Source: a virus. From it: 64,000 bases of DNA. The notes under the pieces are model-generated. The model worked only from the letters and a program-made list of their open reading frames with translations, was not told where the DNA came from and searched no databases. Positions within the stretch are counted from its first letter, which is position 1; each line of letters opens with the position of its first letter. Below, in pieces: positions 24,927 through 35,380 of this stretch. The stretch lies in IMG/VR virus record IMGVR_UViG_3300020020_000003, positions 1,075 to 65,074 of that record. One strand, 5' to 3'. Made by a program: the position numbers and the translations under genes.

Positions 24927-25139
24927 ATGGCCATGATTTACGTTCGTACCAAACCAGGCCGCAAGGCCTTCTTCCAGGGGAAAGTAATTCCTCAGGACAA
25001 GTTTGTTCCTGTTCCCGATACCCCATATATCCGTCGGCTTGTTAAGGTATGGGGAGACCTCGACGTCCAGGGTGGCGACGAGAAGCCGAAATCGAAAGCG
25101 GCTGCGCCGACCTATACTCCCCCGAAGCCTGCTGCGTAA
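24927..25139 (+). CDS. small pre-sheath protein (Mu gp38/DUF2635-like)
   Basis: AGGAG RBS; VP.TPY.RRL...GDL motif; position. Confidence 0.55.
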   Translation: MAMIYVRTKPGRKAFFQGKVIPQDKFVPVPDTPYIRRLVKVWGDLDVQGGDEKPKSKAAAPTYTPPKPAA

Positions 25140-25180
25140 ACCGTCCGATACCGGACACTCACTCATAAGGAGATTGATTC

Positions 25181-26710
25181 ATGTCAATCGATAGTCTGCG
25201 GTCCGGTGCAATCCGGATCTGTTTTGATCCTTCTTTGAATGCTTACCCCAATCGATGCCGTATCTTGGTCGAAGGCCAGATGCTTGACACCGGTATGGCG
25301 GAAGACGGCGAGCTGATCAAGATGCCGTCGTTGAAAGACGTCGACCTGTTGTTCGGCGAAGGCAGTATCATCGCAGAAGGTCTCAGAACGGCATTTCTGT
25401 GCTGCCCCGAGGGTGTGATGGAGTTCTATGCTCTGCCGCACAAGGACGCCAGCGTTGGCGCTGATCAGAAAGCGTCCTATGCGGTGACCTTCACTGGTGT
25501 GGCAACCACCGACGGGCGCGCGGATCTGTTCTTGGTCGATGGTCGTTACAACACCTCGACTCGGGTGTACGAGGGCGATACGGCAGATGTAGTTGCCACC
25601 AATGTGGCATCGGACCTTAATGAAACGCCGGGTCTGCCTTTTGAGGCTGTCGCAGCCGGCGGTGTCGTTACCTTGACGGCGAAGAACGCCGGCACGGTTG
25701 GTAATGCCATCAACATCATCTACAATTGGCATCAGCGTCGTGGTTATGCTCCGGTCGGCATCGAGGCGGAAGTTGCCTTGGTCACTGAGGGTACCCATAT
25801 CGATTTCGTGGTGCCGGACTATCAGGCGATTCTGGGCGAGTGCTGCTACTGCTGTATCGCAATGCTTTATGCCAACGACGATTGGCAGGATGCGATGATC
25901 GCTTATATCGCATCGGCTTGGGACTGCTCGAAGCCCCAATGCTTCGGTCACGGCTACACCTACAATTACGGTACGTTGGGTCAGGTTCTTGCTTCTGACA
26001 CCAACTCGGCCGAGGTTAGCCGCATTGCTCACTGCTACGCCGATCCGATTGCAGGTTGGCAGAAGGCAGCAGCATACGCGGCGCATTCCTGCTGTGCAAC
26101 TATCGACCATCCGGAGATGAACATTCAGGGACCGAACTTTGGTGTTCTGGGATGTCTCATTCAACCGGAGAGCTGCTTCCAGTGTTTCACATTCGAAGAG
26201 CAACAGATTCTTCAAGAGTCTGGCTTCGTTGTGACGGTTCCGCTTCAGGGCGGCACTGGTTTGATGACCAGTCCGATGGTTGTCAACGACGTAACGAATA
26301 ATCGTTACGACGAGAAGGGCCGCTTCAACGCCACATGGTGGGCTGTCAGCAGCCGTCGCCTCGCAGCGGCAACTGCGGATCAGGCCGCGCTCACTCTCGG
26401 GCGTGTTCTGGGTCTTGGTCTCTATACCAAGAATACAACCATCCCCGCTGGTGTCCGTGGTACCAACCCGAAGCTTATCCTCGGCGCGTTCCGCGCCTGG
26501 GCCAAATCGCAGATCGGTATTCTCTTCTCTGAGTTCGAGGATATCGATAAGGATATCAAGTTGATGACGGACTTCGAAGTTGCTCCGAAGTGCCAGGGTA
26601 TCCCTGGCAAGCTCTGGATCGACTTTGTCTATCGTCCGCCGGTCCGCATCACCAACATCATCATCAACGCCAAACCGTCGTTGTTGACCAACTGCGATCG
26701 CCCGTACTAA
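25181..26710 (+). CDS. contractile tail sheath protein (Mu-like, Cys-rich)
   Basis: LFGEGSI, LTAKNAGTVGNAI, EQQILQESG motifs; AAGGAG RBS. Confidence 0.9.
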   Translation: MSIDSLRSGAIRICFDPSLNAYPNRCRILVEGQMLDTGMAEDGELIKMPSLKDVDLLFGEGSIIAEGLRTAFLCCPEGVMEFYALPHKDASVGADQKASYAVTFTGVATTDGRADLFLVDGRYNTSTRVYEGDTADVVATNVASDLNETPGLPFEAVAAGGVVTLTAKNAGTVGNAINIIYNWHQRRGYAPVGIEAEVALVTEGTHIDFVVPDYQAILGECCYCCIAMLYANDDWQDAMIAYIASAWDCSKPQCFGHGYTYNYGTLGQVLASDTNSAEVSRIAHCYADPIAGWQKAAAYAAHSCCATIDHPEMNIQGPNFGVLGCLIQPESCFQCFTFEEQQILQESGFVVTVPLQGGTGLMTSPMVVNDVTNNRYDEKGRFNATWWAVSSRRLAAATADQAALTLGRVLGLGLYTKNTTIPAGVRGTNPKLILGAFRAWAKSQIGILFSEFEDIDKDIKLMTDFEVAPKCQGIPGKLWIDFVYRPPVRITNIIINAKPSLLTNCDRPY

Positions 26711-26749
26711 TTCACCAGCGCCGAGGCGCATAGCTTAGGAGACGTCATA

Positions 26750-27196
26750 ATGACGTGCGAGAATCAAGTCGGTGTAAAGAATATTCTTATCTCATTCCGA
26801 GACTGCGACACCGACGCAGTCTACGGACCCATCAGTCACGAGCTTTCGTCGGAAGATCTTCCGACATGGCGACTGTGTGCGTTCAACAATGAGGCTATGC
26901 CTCACGGATACGTTAAACGGCAGCCCACCAATCCGGAGGTCGAGATCAAAGTTATTCGCGATCTTCGTGTTCCTCTTTCGATGTATCAGGGCTGTAGTGA
27001 CGTCAACCTTCAGGTCGAATATTACAACGGTCTTGTGTATTCGGCTTCGAAAGGGACTGGAACGGGAGATACCAAATCCGATAGCCATGAAGTCGAGATG
27101 ACGATTTCCTTTAAGGAGATCGACGAAATGCTGCCGGCGGGAACTCTCGAGCCGACACCTGATGTGGTTCAGCCGACATTCGCCGTCGCCGCGTAG
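26750..27196 (+). CDS. tail tube protein
   Basis: AGGAG RBS; size and position after sheath. Confidence 0.75.
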   Translation: MTCENQVGVKNILISFRDCDTDAVYGPISHELSSEDLPTWRLCAFNNEAMPHGYVKRQPTNPEVEIKVIRDLRVPLSMYQGCSDVNLQVEYYNGLVYSASKGTGTGDTKSDSHEVEMTISFKEIDEMLPAGTLEPTPDVVQPTFAVAA

Positions 27197-27204
27197 GAGT
27201 TTCT

Positions 27205-27822
27205 ATGGCTAGTGAGAAATTAGTTCTGCCTGCACCCTGGCAGTTGCGTGATAAGATCATCGATGGGGCTGTCGTCAATAGGCTTTCATTTCAAGCGTTT
27301 GCGGACTATATTGTCGAAGCGCAAAACATGAAGAAGCCGAAGACGTTCGAGGGTCGACTGCGTAGATTACGTCTTGCTAAACAGGTATCTTATTACGTCA
27401 ACGGCTCTACGACTCCAATTGGGGTCGATGACGTAATAGAAATGCCTATCCCTGATGCGCGTATGTTGACGACATATCTTGATAACGACGAAGGGGAGGC
27501 TGGTAAGATTATTCGGGAAGGCGATGGGATTTCTACATCTATCGTCTATGAGCTTGGTACTCCGATTCCTGTACAGGGAAAGGATCCAATAACTGAACTC
27601 GAGTTCCTTGCTAAGACTTATGGGGATATCGAAGATGTTATGTCAGCTCCCGATAGTATTAACCAGACAGCAATGTTGATTTCAACGATAGGTAAGCCAC
27701 CTGGAATGTTGGCTCTCCCATCATGGGCTACATCACAAATCACTGTGGCCGACGGTGTCACGATCGCTAAACTTGTGACTCCGCGTTTTTTAGGGTCGCC
27801 GGACGAGTCGCAGACCGAGTAG
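27205..27822 (+). CDS. tail assembly chaperone (G-like)
   Basis: between tube and tape measure; slippery site near the 3' end. Confidence 0.75.
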   Translation: MASEKLVLPAPWQLRDKIIDGAVVNRLSFQAFADYIVEAQNMKKPKTFEGRLRRLRLAKQVSYYVNGSTTPIGVDDVIEMPIPDARMLTTYLDNDEGEAGKIIREGDGISTSIVYELGTPIPVQGKDPITELEFLAKTYGDIEDVMSAPDSINQTAMLISTIGKPPGMLALPSWATSQITVADGVTIAKLVTPRFLGSPDESQTE

Positions 27823-27965
27823 AAGAATATCGTTACTATTCCGCCTCGGCCGGAGATCTACGACCTCTGACTATCGGTCAGTTGACTACTCGAATTAGTA
27901 ACTTCTCTAAAGTTCATCAGCGAGAGATCCGTAACAGGATTCTTTTAGCCGGAGGCAAGCCGTAG
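27786..27965 (+). other. programmed -1 frameshift extension (GT-like chaperone)
   Basis: in-frame T-TTT-TTA heptamer at 27786-27792; -1 frame open to TAG 27963-27965, which overlaps the tape-measure GTG. Confidence 0.8.
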
Positions 27966-30553
27966 TGGCTTCTTTTACCGAAAGAGCAACTCTCGAGGTC
28001 AAAGACAAATCTACGTCTCAGATCCGGAAGATTAATTCCGAGCTGAAGAAGCTTCAGGCTACTGCGAGATCTCTTCGAACAATTCGAATAGACATAACAG
28101 GGCTTTCTGCCGCAACGAGACAGGTTAATAATCTTACTCGTGCTTTAGGTAATTTAAAGAAAGTTTCTACCTCGTTGAATATTAGAGTTGGTACGCAGGG
28201 TCTTAGTCAGGCTCAACGTCAAATTAGTACTCTACGAAATTCTGCTAGACGACCTATCAATGTCCGTGTAAACTACTCCGGTAACCAACCTCCTCGCCTT
28301 CCTCCTCATGGAGGTGGACCCCGTAGTCGAGGTGGAGGTAGTGGTTCTCGCGGTAGAAGCTTTTTCGGCACTGCGATGCAGGGAGCCAGTGCTGGAGCCG
28401 GGGGAGGTATGGGGTTCGGCCTAATGGGGGGCCTTGCCGCTATCAATCCCGCATTTCTGGCTGTGGCGGCTGCTGCATATGCGGCTGCGGCTGCTTTGAA
28501 ATATGTCGGACAGCAAGGAGCTAAAGCAGACCGCGCTGATCTTATGATGCGGATGGCGGCGACAAAAGAACAGCAACCAATTATTCAGGCTGCTGTTGAT
28601 AAATATGCCGAAGGTGATCGTGCTTTAGGCATGTCTAAAGCCGACATGAAGATGTTCATAACGGGCATCCTCGGCGACGTCGGTGGAAAGAATGCAACAG
28701 AGCGAGCTACGGCTGCCGCAAATATTGCTCCTGTTATTGCTGACAAGTTTCTTCCTCTTGCTTATGCTTTAGGTGGTCCGGATGTAACTAAAGAAGCAGC
28801 TATCAAAGATCTTGCGGTTATTGTTAAGGGTCTGAATATTGCGTCTGGTGATTTGACAACTGCCGCAGGACAATTGTCTAAAGACGGTTTGCGTGTTTTT
28901 GAAGGTGTGGCTCTTGCTAAGGCTATGAATCCTCTGCTTGATTCCGAAAGGATTCGAACCACACTTGCTAATTTGAAGACACTGGCATTCACCATGCAGC
29001 CAGAAGCTCTTGCTCGATTGCTTTCTTCATCTGGAGATAGAGGTGTTCGCGTAGCGAACGAACTTTATCAAGCTGTGCGTTCGATGAGTGGCACAGTAGA
29101 TAATAAGGCTCTGAATCGAGCTCTTTCGAAGCTTGGTCTTCTTGAGGGCGGCACACCAATTACTACTCCAAAAGGGAAAGTTAAGACGGGTCAAGGCGCC
29201 GGTATGGTGCTTGGATCTCAGAAACCTATTGATGCTGAATTTCGTCAGCGTGATCCATTCGGGTGGATGATTAAATATGTTCTACCCAAGATAGAGGCTG
29301 ATGCAAAGAAAAGTATTACGAAGGCAGAGGCTAAAGCAGCTGAGGAACGTGCAAGACAAGTTAAAGAAGAAGGTGGAACTGCTGAAGAGATTGCAGAAGC
29401 CCGTGCGCCGCTTCGTTCGAAGATACAGTCTGTTATGGATTCTATGTTCCCGGGAATGGCTGCTACGGCTCGAACTGCACTTTCTGATACTATATTTGGT
29501 CATGCACAAGCTCGGGGTGCTATCGAACAGGGTAAAGATGTTCTAAAACAGGATCCTAAAGCGATCTTTGCAGCCTCTTGGACTGCGCAGTTAGAGAAAC
29601 TCAAAACAACTTTAGAGACTAGAGCTCAAGATGCTGGAGATTCTGTAGCTCAGGCTATTGGATTAGATAAGAAGATAGCTGTGATCGAAGAGGCTATTAG
29701 AACAAAAGATTACGGGCAACTTGGAAAAGCAGTAACTATGGGTATGAATACCCTTGATACTCTTCTTACTCCATCAAAATTAAGTGCAGAATTGTTATAT
29801 AAAGGTGCTCTTAAATTGTGGGAAGTTGGTGTTGCGCTTGCAAAGAAATTCAATATAGTAGAAGATACTTCACCTGAAGGAAAAGCAGCAGCAGCAAAAG
29901 CATTAGAGGAGACACAACTTCGTGCTATAGCAGATAAACCTGTTATGTCTCGTACTGAAAAAGAAGTTCAGAAATTAATTGACTATGGTAGAAGTCTTAA
30001 CGAAAAAAGACAGGCACAGATCGATGAAGCAATGCGTAGAGGCGATAAAGCTGGTACTGCCGGATTATTGAAAGATATTCATAACGCAAATGTGACGATA
30101 ACAACTATGATGGCAAGTATCGGTACCTTTAAAGTTCCGGATAAATGGGGATTAGGTAAACCTGGATTTCCATCTCCAACATCTCCAAAACCTATTGATG
30201 CTGGAAAACCTTTTGATAGTCCAGTTGCACCTAATTGGGTACCAGATTTTAAGACAACTCTTGATGATTTCAAAGCGACTGGTGGTAACTGGGTCACCGA
30301 TATGTTGAATGTCCCAACTAAATTTGAAGCGACTTTTGAGACACTTAAACAAGCGGGTGTCGAAGGTGGAAACAATTTCGGAACCAATGCTAATTCAGCG
30401 ATCACTGCTGGAGCTGCGGAGGGCGGTGGTATATTTGGATCTACTGCGATAACAACTATCAAAGCTGGTCTAGCTAATCTTAATTTAAGTGCTCATATCA
30501 ACGTCAGCGGTGTAACTCAGACCGGTGACAAAGGCGCGAGGCCTGCTGACTAA
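27965..30553 (+). CDS. tape measure protein
   Basis: 862 aa, Ala/Gly-rich helical; follows chaperone. Confidence 0.85.
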   Translation: MASFTERATLEVKDKSTSQIRKINSELKKLQATARSLRTIRIDITGLSAATRQVNNLTRALGNLKKVSTSLNIRVGTQGLSQAQRQISTLRNSARRPINVRVNYSGNQPPRLPPHGGGPRSRGGGSGSRGRSFFGTAMQGASAGAGGGMGFGLMGGLAAINPAFLAVAAAAYAAAAALKYVGQQGAKADRADLMMRMAATKEQQPIIQAAVDKYAEGDRALGMSKADMKMFITGILGDVGGKNATERATAAANIAPVIADKFLPLAYALGGPDVTKEAAIKDLAVIVKGLNIASGDLTTAAGQLSKDGLRVFEGVALAKAMNPLLDSERIRTTLANLKTLAFTMQPEALARLLSSSGDRGVRVANELYQAVRSMSGTVDNKALNRALSKLGLLEGGTPITTPKGKVKTGQGAGMVLGSQKPIDAEFRQRDPFGWMIKYVLPKIEADAKKSITKAEAKAAEERARQVKEEGGTAEEIAEARAPLRSKIQSVMDSMFPGMAATARTALSDTIFGHAQARGAIEQGKDVLKQDPKAIFAASWTAQLEKLKTTLETRAQDAGDSVAQAIGLDKKIAVIEEAIRTKDYGQLGKAVTMGMNTLDTLLTPSKLSAELLYKGALKLWEVGVALAKKFNIVEDTSPEGKAAAAKALEETQLRAIADKPVMSRTEKEVQKLIDYGRSLNEKRQAQIDEAMRRGDKAGTAGLLKDIHNANVTITTMMASIGTFKVPDKWGLGKPGFPSPTSPKPIDAGKPFDSPVAPNWVPDFKTTLDDFKATGGNWVTDMLNVPTKFEATFETLKQAGVEGGNNFGTNANSAITAGAAEGGGIFGSTAITTIKAGLANLNLSAHINVSGVTQTGDKGARPAD

Positions 30554-31749
30554 TGTCTAGAAGCGCCTGTGCAATTGGCAAGGATGTTGTTCCTGCTTCC
30601 TTCAAGGGAGTGGGGTTCCTTTGCACTGAAGCCGATGTTGAAGGCGGACGTCGTGGTGCTGAAGGAGAGTTCCCATTCGGCGAAGATACTGCATATGCAG
30701 ATCTCGGTCGCAAGATACGAGTTTTTAATCTTACTGCGGCATTCAGAGAAGATGACCATGTATGGGATAGTCAGGCTCTATTCGCAGTCTGTGAAAGTCC
30801 GCAGCCTGGTATCCTTGTTCATCCTACTCGTGGGACACATCTTGTTGCTTGTCGTAAAGTTAAGGTTAGCGACAAACTGGAAGAAGGAGAAGGTGAGACA
30901 ACTGCTGAATTAGAATTCGTCGAAGCTAATCCTGTTGGTACTGGACTTGGCGGATCTCTATTTGGACTCATCTCTGGAGCGGTTCTTGCTATCAGTTCTG
31001 AATCATTTAGACGAGATTATACTCCGATAAGAATAGCGCATCCATGGATTGTTGATATTGTAGATTCTGCTCAATCTCTTATTACGTCAACACACGATGC
31101 CTTGGTTCAGACATTTACTACGGATACAAGTTCGTCCCAGTGGCGTGTGGCTCTGAAGATGAAAGAAGTGGCTGGCGATCCTGGGTTGGCGATGTCTGCA
31201 GAGGCTGTTGATAAGGCGCTCACTTCTGGGGTCAATGGAATCACCTACAATGTTCAAGACCCTGAGACAAGATGGCGGATATTGAGAAAGCTTGCCAATA
31301 AGGGCGCAGTCACAAGTACACTTCCAATTGTTGGAGGTGCGGCTGCGGTAGAGAATTCTTTGTACAGTCGATTTCGTGTATTGACTGGCGTTGCAATGTC
31401 TGAGACTGCAATGGCTCGTAAGTATCCAAATGTTCAGGCAACAAAAGCAGCAATGGATATTGTGTCTGCTGTTCTCGAAGATGAAGCTAAAGTCGCTTAC
31501 AGTATCTGTGACAATGCTCTGTATCTTGAGCTGCGAAAGTACATCGTTAATTTTGAAAAAATGATGAACGATCTTTCTTATCGTCTGCCTGGTCTGATAA
31601 CAGTTAATTTCCATGGTGGAGTTCATCCGTTAGTTGCAGCCTACGTAATCTATAACGATTCGAAACGTCACAGGGATCTTGAGCCCAGAAATATAATTGA
31701 CGCGAATGGACGTTTCGGTCGCCTAGTTAGAGCGGTTTCTCCAACATGA
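30553..31749 (+). CDS. Mu DNA-circularisation-like baseplate centrepiece / tube initiator
   Basis: ASFKGVGF...GGRR...EFP....DLGRK, L.HP..G N-terminal motifs. Confidence 0.8.
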   Translation: MSRSACAIGKDVVPASFKGVGFLCTEADVEGGRRGAEGEFPFGEDTAYADLGRKIRVFNLTAAFREDDHVWDSQALFAVCESPQPGILVHPTRGTHLVACRKVKVSDKLEEGEGETTAELEFVEANPVGTGLGGSLFGLISGAVLAISSESFRRDYTPIRIAHPWIVDIVDSAQSLITSTHDALVQTFTTDTSSSQWRVALKMKEVAGDPGLAMSAEAVDKALTSGVNGITYNVQDPETRWRILRKLANKGAVTSTLPIVGGAAAVENSLYSRFRVLTGVAMSETAMARKYPNVQATKAAMDIVSAVLEDEAKVAYSICDNALYLELRKYIVNFEKMMNDLSYRLPGLITVNFHGGVHPLVAAYVIYNDSKRHRDLEPRNIIDANGRFGRLVRAVSPT

Positions 31750-33065
31750 AACCCGTTGTGATTACCGTTGGCGGTTCCGAGCTCACTACGTGGACCGAGA
31801 TGACTTTGCAGCGTAGCAAAGAAGAGATGACTGGAAGTTTATCAGTCACTATCTTTGCTGGTGCTATGCCATCGGGTCCAATGGTTCGAGCGGCAGTAGC
31901 CGGCGCAGAGATATTGGTTTATATCGTTGGGCAACTTGCTTTCACTGGAACTGTTGATAAACGAAAAGGAACAGGGTCGAAGAAAGGTAGAGCTGGGACT
32001 AAAGAAAAGGATACCGGTAAAGCTGGAACTTCGATGTCTACCAATATTGGGCCAGAAGAATATACAATCAAACTCACAGCCCGGGGTAAGACCAAGCGTC
32101 TGATCGATAGTTCGCATCAACATCCAACTACTAATATGTTGAAACCGACAACTAAAGAAGTCTGCGAAAAATTGATTGAACCATTCAAAGTACAACTCGA
32201 TTGGAAGGGTGAAACTATTAAGCTAGATAAGATGCGCTTTCGCGATGGATCCCGTGTGGTGGATGAACTCAATCGTGTTGCAGTTGAAAATTGTTATTTC
32301 ATGTATGAGACCCGTGAGGGGAAATTGTGTGTCACAGACGGTTGCGCTGGGCAGAGCGGCGATCCTTTGATCCTCGGAATTAATATTCTGGAGTTTTCTG
32401 CAGAGCAATCCGAAGAGGAACAGAAGTCAAAGGTTAAAGTGAAGGGTCAGCGTTCTAAGAAAAAGATATGGGGTGAGAAGGCTGTTCTGAAGACTCATAA
32501 GGAGATGGAAAATAAGAAGATGAAATCATTCGTGCCCCATATCGTTCAACATAATGGGGATGCTGATGAAAAGACATTAGAACGCCGTGCTCGATTTGAA
32601 ATGAATGCGCGAGCTGCCAAAGGTAAGAAAATTGAGATTGAAGTATTTCATGTTCAGTCTGAGGGTGGTCCGTGGGATATTGGTAACATGCACTATGTCG
32701 AAGTACCGCCCGAAGGTATTTTTGATGTATTTGAATGTACTGAATTAACATACACTGTGAATCATGATAAGACAATCAAGACTAAACTAACCTTATCTCC
32801 GCCGCCTTCTGGAGGGGCAGATGGTGCAGCGGGTGGATTTGGACTTAGCAGTATCAATTTCAATACGGGATCTGCACGTAAGTCTCAATCTGGTATAACA
32901 ATGGCGGAGGGACAATTCCCAGATGCGTGGTCACCGTTAGATTTGTCTGTTATGCCTTTCATGTCTGCTGCTGAATCTTTAGAACAAATGGCAAAGAGTG
33001 AACCGGAGAACCCTCCGAGTCCGCCACCTCTTACTTTACCGCCGTGGTTCGGAGAGACTACATGA
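31746..33065 (+). CDS. baseplate hub (Mu P/gp44-like)
   Basis: ITVGG..L..WTEM...RS, GRTKRLIDSS, LILGINI motifs. Confidence 0.8.
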   Translation: MKPVVITVGGSELTTWTEMTLQRSKEEMTGSLSVTIFAGAMPSGPMVRAAVAGAEILVYIVGQLAFTGTVDKRKGTGSKKGRAGTKEKDTGKAGTSMSTNIGPEEYTIKLTARGKTKRLIDSSHQHPTTNMLKPTTKEVCEKLIEPFKVQLDWKGETIKLDKMRFRDGSRVVDELNRVAVENCYFMYETREGKLCVTDGCAGQSGDPLILGINILEFSAEQSEEEQKSKVKVKGQRSKKKIWGEKAVLKTHKEMENKKMKSFVPHIVQHNGDADEKTLERRARFEMNARAAKGKKIEIEVFHVQSEGGPWDIGNMHYVEVPPEGIFDVFECTELTYTVNHDKTIKTKLTLSPPPSGGADGAAGGFGLSSINFNTGSARKSQSGITMAEGQFPDAWSPLDLSVMPFMSAAESLEQMAKSEPENPPSPPPLTLPPWFGETT

Positions 33066-33628
33066 CCAGCTTTACTCGTTATCGTGAACGTTCAAGAGAT
33101 ATAAATGACGGCACGGAACGTCATGTTTGGGGTAAGCAAGAATACATCAAAAATGCAGGTTCGATTATTAAAGTACGAGGAACTGACACTGAAGATCAGG
33201 AAGCTGCTGTTCTGAATATCGGAGGTGTTTCTTTTAACGTTAAAGAGAAATTTAACACTGAGGTTATGCTTCTTGCTTCCTCATCCGACACCACATTGAA
33301 GATGGCATTGCTTACTATTCCCAAAGATAAGCAACGACGTTGGATGGAAGGACACGGTGGTGTTCAGCATCCGACAGATGATACATTTGCTTTGGATTTC
33401 AGCGATTCACTTGCTCATCTAACTAAGAATAAGTTTGCGGTCGGTGAGAAAGGTGAATTCGAAGTCAAGGGTGATAAAGTCTATATCCGTGCTAGTCAAG
33501 TAATTATCGAGGGTGAGCTGGTTGTCAATAAGCTCGTTAAGACACCTCAAGTTGTATCAGGTAAAGAAACCATTCCTGGCTTCGAAGGCAGTAAACAAGC
33601 CGAGGCTAAGGATGACGATAATGAATGA
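33062..33628 (+). CDS. baseplate central spike (Mu gp45-like)
   Basis: position and beta-rich C-terminus; ATG 33062. Confidence 0.7.
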   Translation: MTSFTRYRERSRDINDGTERHVWGKQEYIKNAGSIIKVRGTDTEDQEAAVLNIGGVSFNVKEKFNTEVMLLASSSDTTLKMALLTIPKDKQRRWMEGHGGVQHPTDDTFALDFSDSLAHLTKNKFAVGEKGEFEVKGDKVYIRASQVIIEGELVVNKLVKTPQVVSGKETIPGFEGSKQAEAKDDDNE

Positions 33629-34157
33629 TACGGATTGCCTAACCGGTACGGAGGGGAATCGTCGTATATTCTGGACCACAATGGATTCCTGTGGACGATA
33701 TAATCTATGTGGAGCGGAATGCTCTATACCAGGACTTCAGTATATTGATAAGACAGAAGGTCGAACGATTGCTAATGATGATTGGATTCGAAGCCTTATT
33801 TTGAATATTCTTAATACGCGAGCAAGAAGCGATATCAAGTGTGCAACGCCTGCTGGAACTTATGGACACTGGTCTGAGAGTTACAGAGACGATGGACTTT
33901 ATATCGGAACCCGTGTCTACAATGTTGCTGAGAAAGCGTATGCTAAGATTCTAGATGGAGTCAAGGCAATCGGCGCAGCTATCCGTAGCGATATAGGTAA
34001 ATTGATTATCCTCGAGATAGCTGACGACGTTGATGTTGATGTAGTATATCGAGGTCGTTCTCGAGTTGATGTCACAATCACAGTTATGTTGCGTTCCGTT
34101 CGTCGAACAGTTAACCTTTCCGGTACTTACAGTACCGATACATGGGTATGGAACTGA
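33621..34157 (+). CDS. baseplate wedge protein (Mu gp46-like)
   Basis: ILNILNT.AR, GHWSESY...G motif. Confidence 0.7.
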   Translation: MNDTDCLTGTEGNRRIFWTTMDSCGRYNLCGAECSIPGLQYIDKTEGRTIANDDWIRSLILNILNTRARSDIKCATPAGTYGHWSESYRDDGLYIGTRVYNVAEKAYAKILDGVKAIGAAIRSDIGKLIILEIADDVDVDVVYRGRSRVDVTITVMLRSVRRTVNLSGTYSTDTWVWN

Positions 34158-35380
34158 TGTCCTGCGTCATTCCTAGGCCGGACCCTAAACAACTGTTCGA
34201 TCAGATTAAGAATCAATTCTCATCGACGGTATTGGGTGGCGCGCAAGTTATCCCGGAATCAAACGAATGGTATGTCGTTACTAACGACTATGCCGCCGCT
34301 GAACAATATTTCGCAATTGCTGATCAAATGTGGCGTGAGGCAAACCCAGAGACAGCATGCTGTGATAATCTCTACAAGATGGCAGCGCAGAATGGTGTGT
34401 ATCCACGTCCACCATCTCATGCTGAAGGATATGCTAAGCTAACTGGTGTTCCCGAGAGTCCGGTCCCACCATATCTTGAGATCTTAACTGAGATAGGTAC
34501 ATTTGTCTCAGTTGGTTCTGTTCCACTTCAATTGTCCTCTGAGGGGAAATTGGTTATTCAGATTCGGGCGTTGACACCTGGATCAGAGATGAATTCAAAC
34601 GGTACTGTGACTGAAGGAACTTTGGTTACTCCGGCTCCGGGAATCGATACCGATGTACAGATCTGCGGTGGTCAATTCTGCGGTGGGGCAGGCGAGGAGA
34701 CCTGCGAGGAGTTTAGAAAGAGATATCTTGAACGCCTGGCTTATCAACCGCGCGCCACAATGGCGTGGATCAAAGAAAAGTTTATGGAATACCCGTGTGT
34801 ATCTCGAGTCTGTATCAGAGAAGGCTCTTGCTGTCGCTGTACCGCCGACTGTGGTGAATGCGGTTGTAAGAACTGCGGGAACAAGATGGAGTTTTACGTT
34901 TTGTTTGACGGAGTTTTCCCCTGTGGAATTCCTCCTCAACACGTTGTCGATGACATTACAGACTGGATGTTTGGAGAACATCAAGGGTACGGTGAAGGTC
35001 AAGTGGAGATAGGTGTGTGCGGACAGGTATTTGTTCCGAAGCCACTCCCGGTAAATGTCATTATTGATATTGCTGGTTGTCCGAGTACAGCGCAGAAACA
35101 GATTATATCTGATTACATTACTGAATTATTCTTGAGGATCTGTCCTTCAATGCCGCTTAGGGTCAAACAGATAGATCTTATCATAGCATCTGTTATTGGT
35201 CCTGAGATCAATGCTTCAGCTCACTTTGAAGTAGTCGGATACGAAGATCAGGTTCCTCCATACCCACGAGAAGACGTTTGGGTTACTTCGTGCGGTGATC
35301 TTGAGCCGGAATGTGATGTATTGCCATGTCTCAATGAGATCACTTATTCTGGGCCTGAATCAATGAGGCCGCCGTGTTGA
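34157..35380 (+). CDS. baseplate J-like wedge protein (Cys-rich)
   Basis: GGAGEETCEEFRKRYL, insertion CCRCTADCGECGCKNCG. Confidence 0.85.
   Translation: MSCVIPRPDPKQLFDQIKNQFSSTVLGGAQVIPESNEWYVVTNDYAAAEQYFAIADQMWREANPETACCDNLYKMAAQNGVYPRPPSHAEGYAKLTGVPESPVPPYLEILTEIGTFVSVGSVPLQLSSEGKLVIQIRALTPGSEMNSNGTVTEGTLVTPAPGIDTDVQICGGQFCGGAGEETCEEFRKRYLERLAYQPRATMAWIKEKFMEYPCVSRVCIREGSCCRCTADCGECGCKNCGNKMEFYVLFDGVFPCGIPPQHVVDDITDWMFGEHQGYGEGQVEIGVCGQVFVPKPLPVNVIIDIAGCPSTAQKQIISDYITELFLRICPSMPLRVKQIDLIIASVIGPEINASAHFEVVGYEDQVPPYPREDVWVTSCGDLEPECDVLPCLNEITYSGPESMRPPC

Noticed and set aside
25184-26731. 515-aa ORF antisense to the sheath gene (also 17608-18438, 1366-2187, 19205-19687)
   Set aside because: Shadow ORFs expected from the strong codon bias of highly expressed genes; no RBS or protein-like motifs
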